A DNA stretch of 63,994 nucleotides, filler included, from Octopus bimaculoides (Eukaryota), in NCBI RefSeq assembly GCF_001194135.2. It is 5 parts of 5 records of this genome, joined end to end, with 100 filler letters (N's around TTAATTAATTAA, not from the genome) between each part and the next. Parts side by side here need not be neighbours in the genome. Positions count along the whole stretch, not along the records: positions 54,036 to 63,994 come from NC_068984.1; 4 more parts are not named here. One strand, given 5' to 3'. The number at the start of each line of letters is the position of its first letter. The first letter of the stretch is position 1. This document shows positions 63,292 through 63,994 of this stretch, one piece after another. The translations under genes were made by a program, and so were the position numbers. The notes beneath the pieces were generated by a model, which saw only the letters and a program-made list of their open reading frames with translations, was not told the origin of the DNA and did not search any database.

Positions 63292-63528
63292 TATATTATC
63301 CGTCTTAAGTTGCAATAGGAAGAGAGAGAGAAAAAAAAGAGAGAGAGAGAAAGGGAGGGAGGGAGATAATGAGAAAGTGAAAGAGAGGGACGAGGGAGTG
63401 GCGTTGAGAAGTGCGCTTAGGAAGGGAGGGAGGAGGAGGAGGTGATGATAGTGTTCATGGTAGTGGTGAGAGATGCAGAAACAGCGTGTCAATTTGTGCG
63501 CATGTGTGCCTGTGCGTATGTGTGTGTG

Positions 63529-63568
<40 letters not shown>

Positions 63569-63824
63569 TGTGTGACGATAGATGTTATGATTGGTAGTAG
63601 TGGTTACGATTTGATATGAAAGTGGTAGTGAGGGTGGTGGTGGTGGTAGTAGAGATAGTCGTAGCGGTGATGGCAATGGGAGTGGTGTTGGTAGTAGTAG
63701 TACTAGTAGTAGTAGTAGTAGTGAAAGTGATATTAACTGCGGTGGTGATGGTGGTGGTGGTGGTGGTAGTGGTAGTGGTGCAATGCATGTAGGTATTATT
63801 AATAATAATACTAGTATAGTAACA

Positions 63825-63994
63825 ACGGCGAATCTGGCAGAATCGTTACCGCATCGGACAAAAAAAAATGCTCGGCGGCATTTCTTCCAAGCCCTTACGC
63901 ACTGAGTTCAAATATAGCCAAGGGCAACTTCGCCTTTCATCGATAAAATAAATACTTGTTGAACACAGCGATCGATGTAAACGACTACCCCCCC
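63825..63994 (+). mobile_element. Degenerate family B SINE
   Basis: CGGCGAATCTGGCAGAATCGTTA...CTTCGCCTTTCATC. Confidence 0.6.

Overview
AT-rich, microsatellite-dense, gappy animal genomic DNA. The SINE families resemble those I recognise from octopus, so it is most likely Octopus; this is inference, not a database result. I can support one host gene: three phase-compatible + strand exons (11814-11981, 16450-16559, 17891-18202). They encode the transmembrane segment and a cytoplasmic tail with two PPxY motifs of a single-pass membrane protein, whose 5' exons I could not find. Nearly everything else is transposon debris: a Gmr1-like Gypsy gag/pro remnant, solo LTRs, mariner, maT (DD37D) and Tc1-like elements, an R4/Dong-like REL retroelement, CR1/L2- and RTE-like LINE fragments, a Penelope-like RT, hAT/pogo/mariner MITEs, fold-back elements and dozens of SINEs. 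The most notable signal is a set of minimal type-I hammerhead-ribozyme motifs in short non-coding elements: three with a canonical CUGANGA core (19772-19815 -, 44646-44687 +, 60517-60552 +), two of a variant-core family (29705-29741 -, 58923-58958 +) and one weak case. Also notable are a solo-LTR family with TG...AA ends and a perfect 22-bp hairpin in the gene's presumed 3' UTR. Most ORFs in the supplied track are microsatellite or N-gap artefacts. All translations and pairings were done by eye, and repeat boundaries are approximate.
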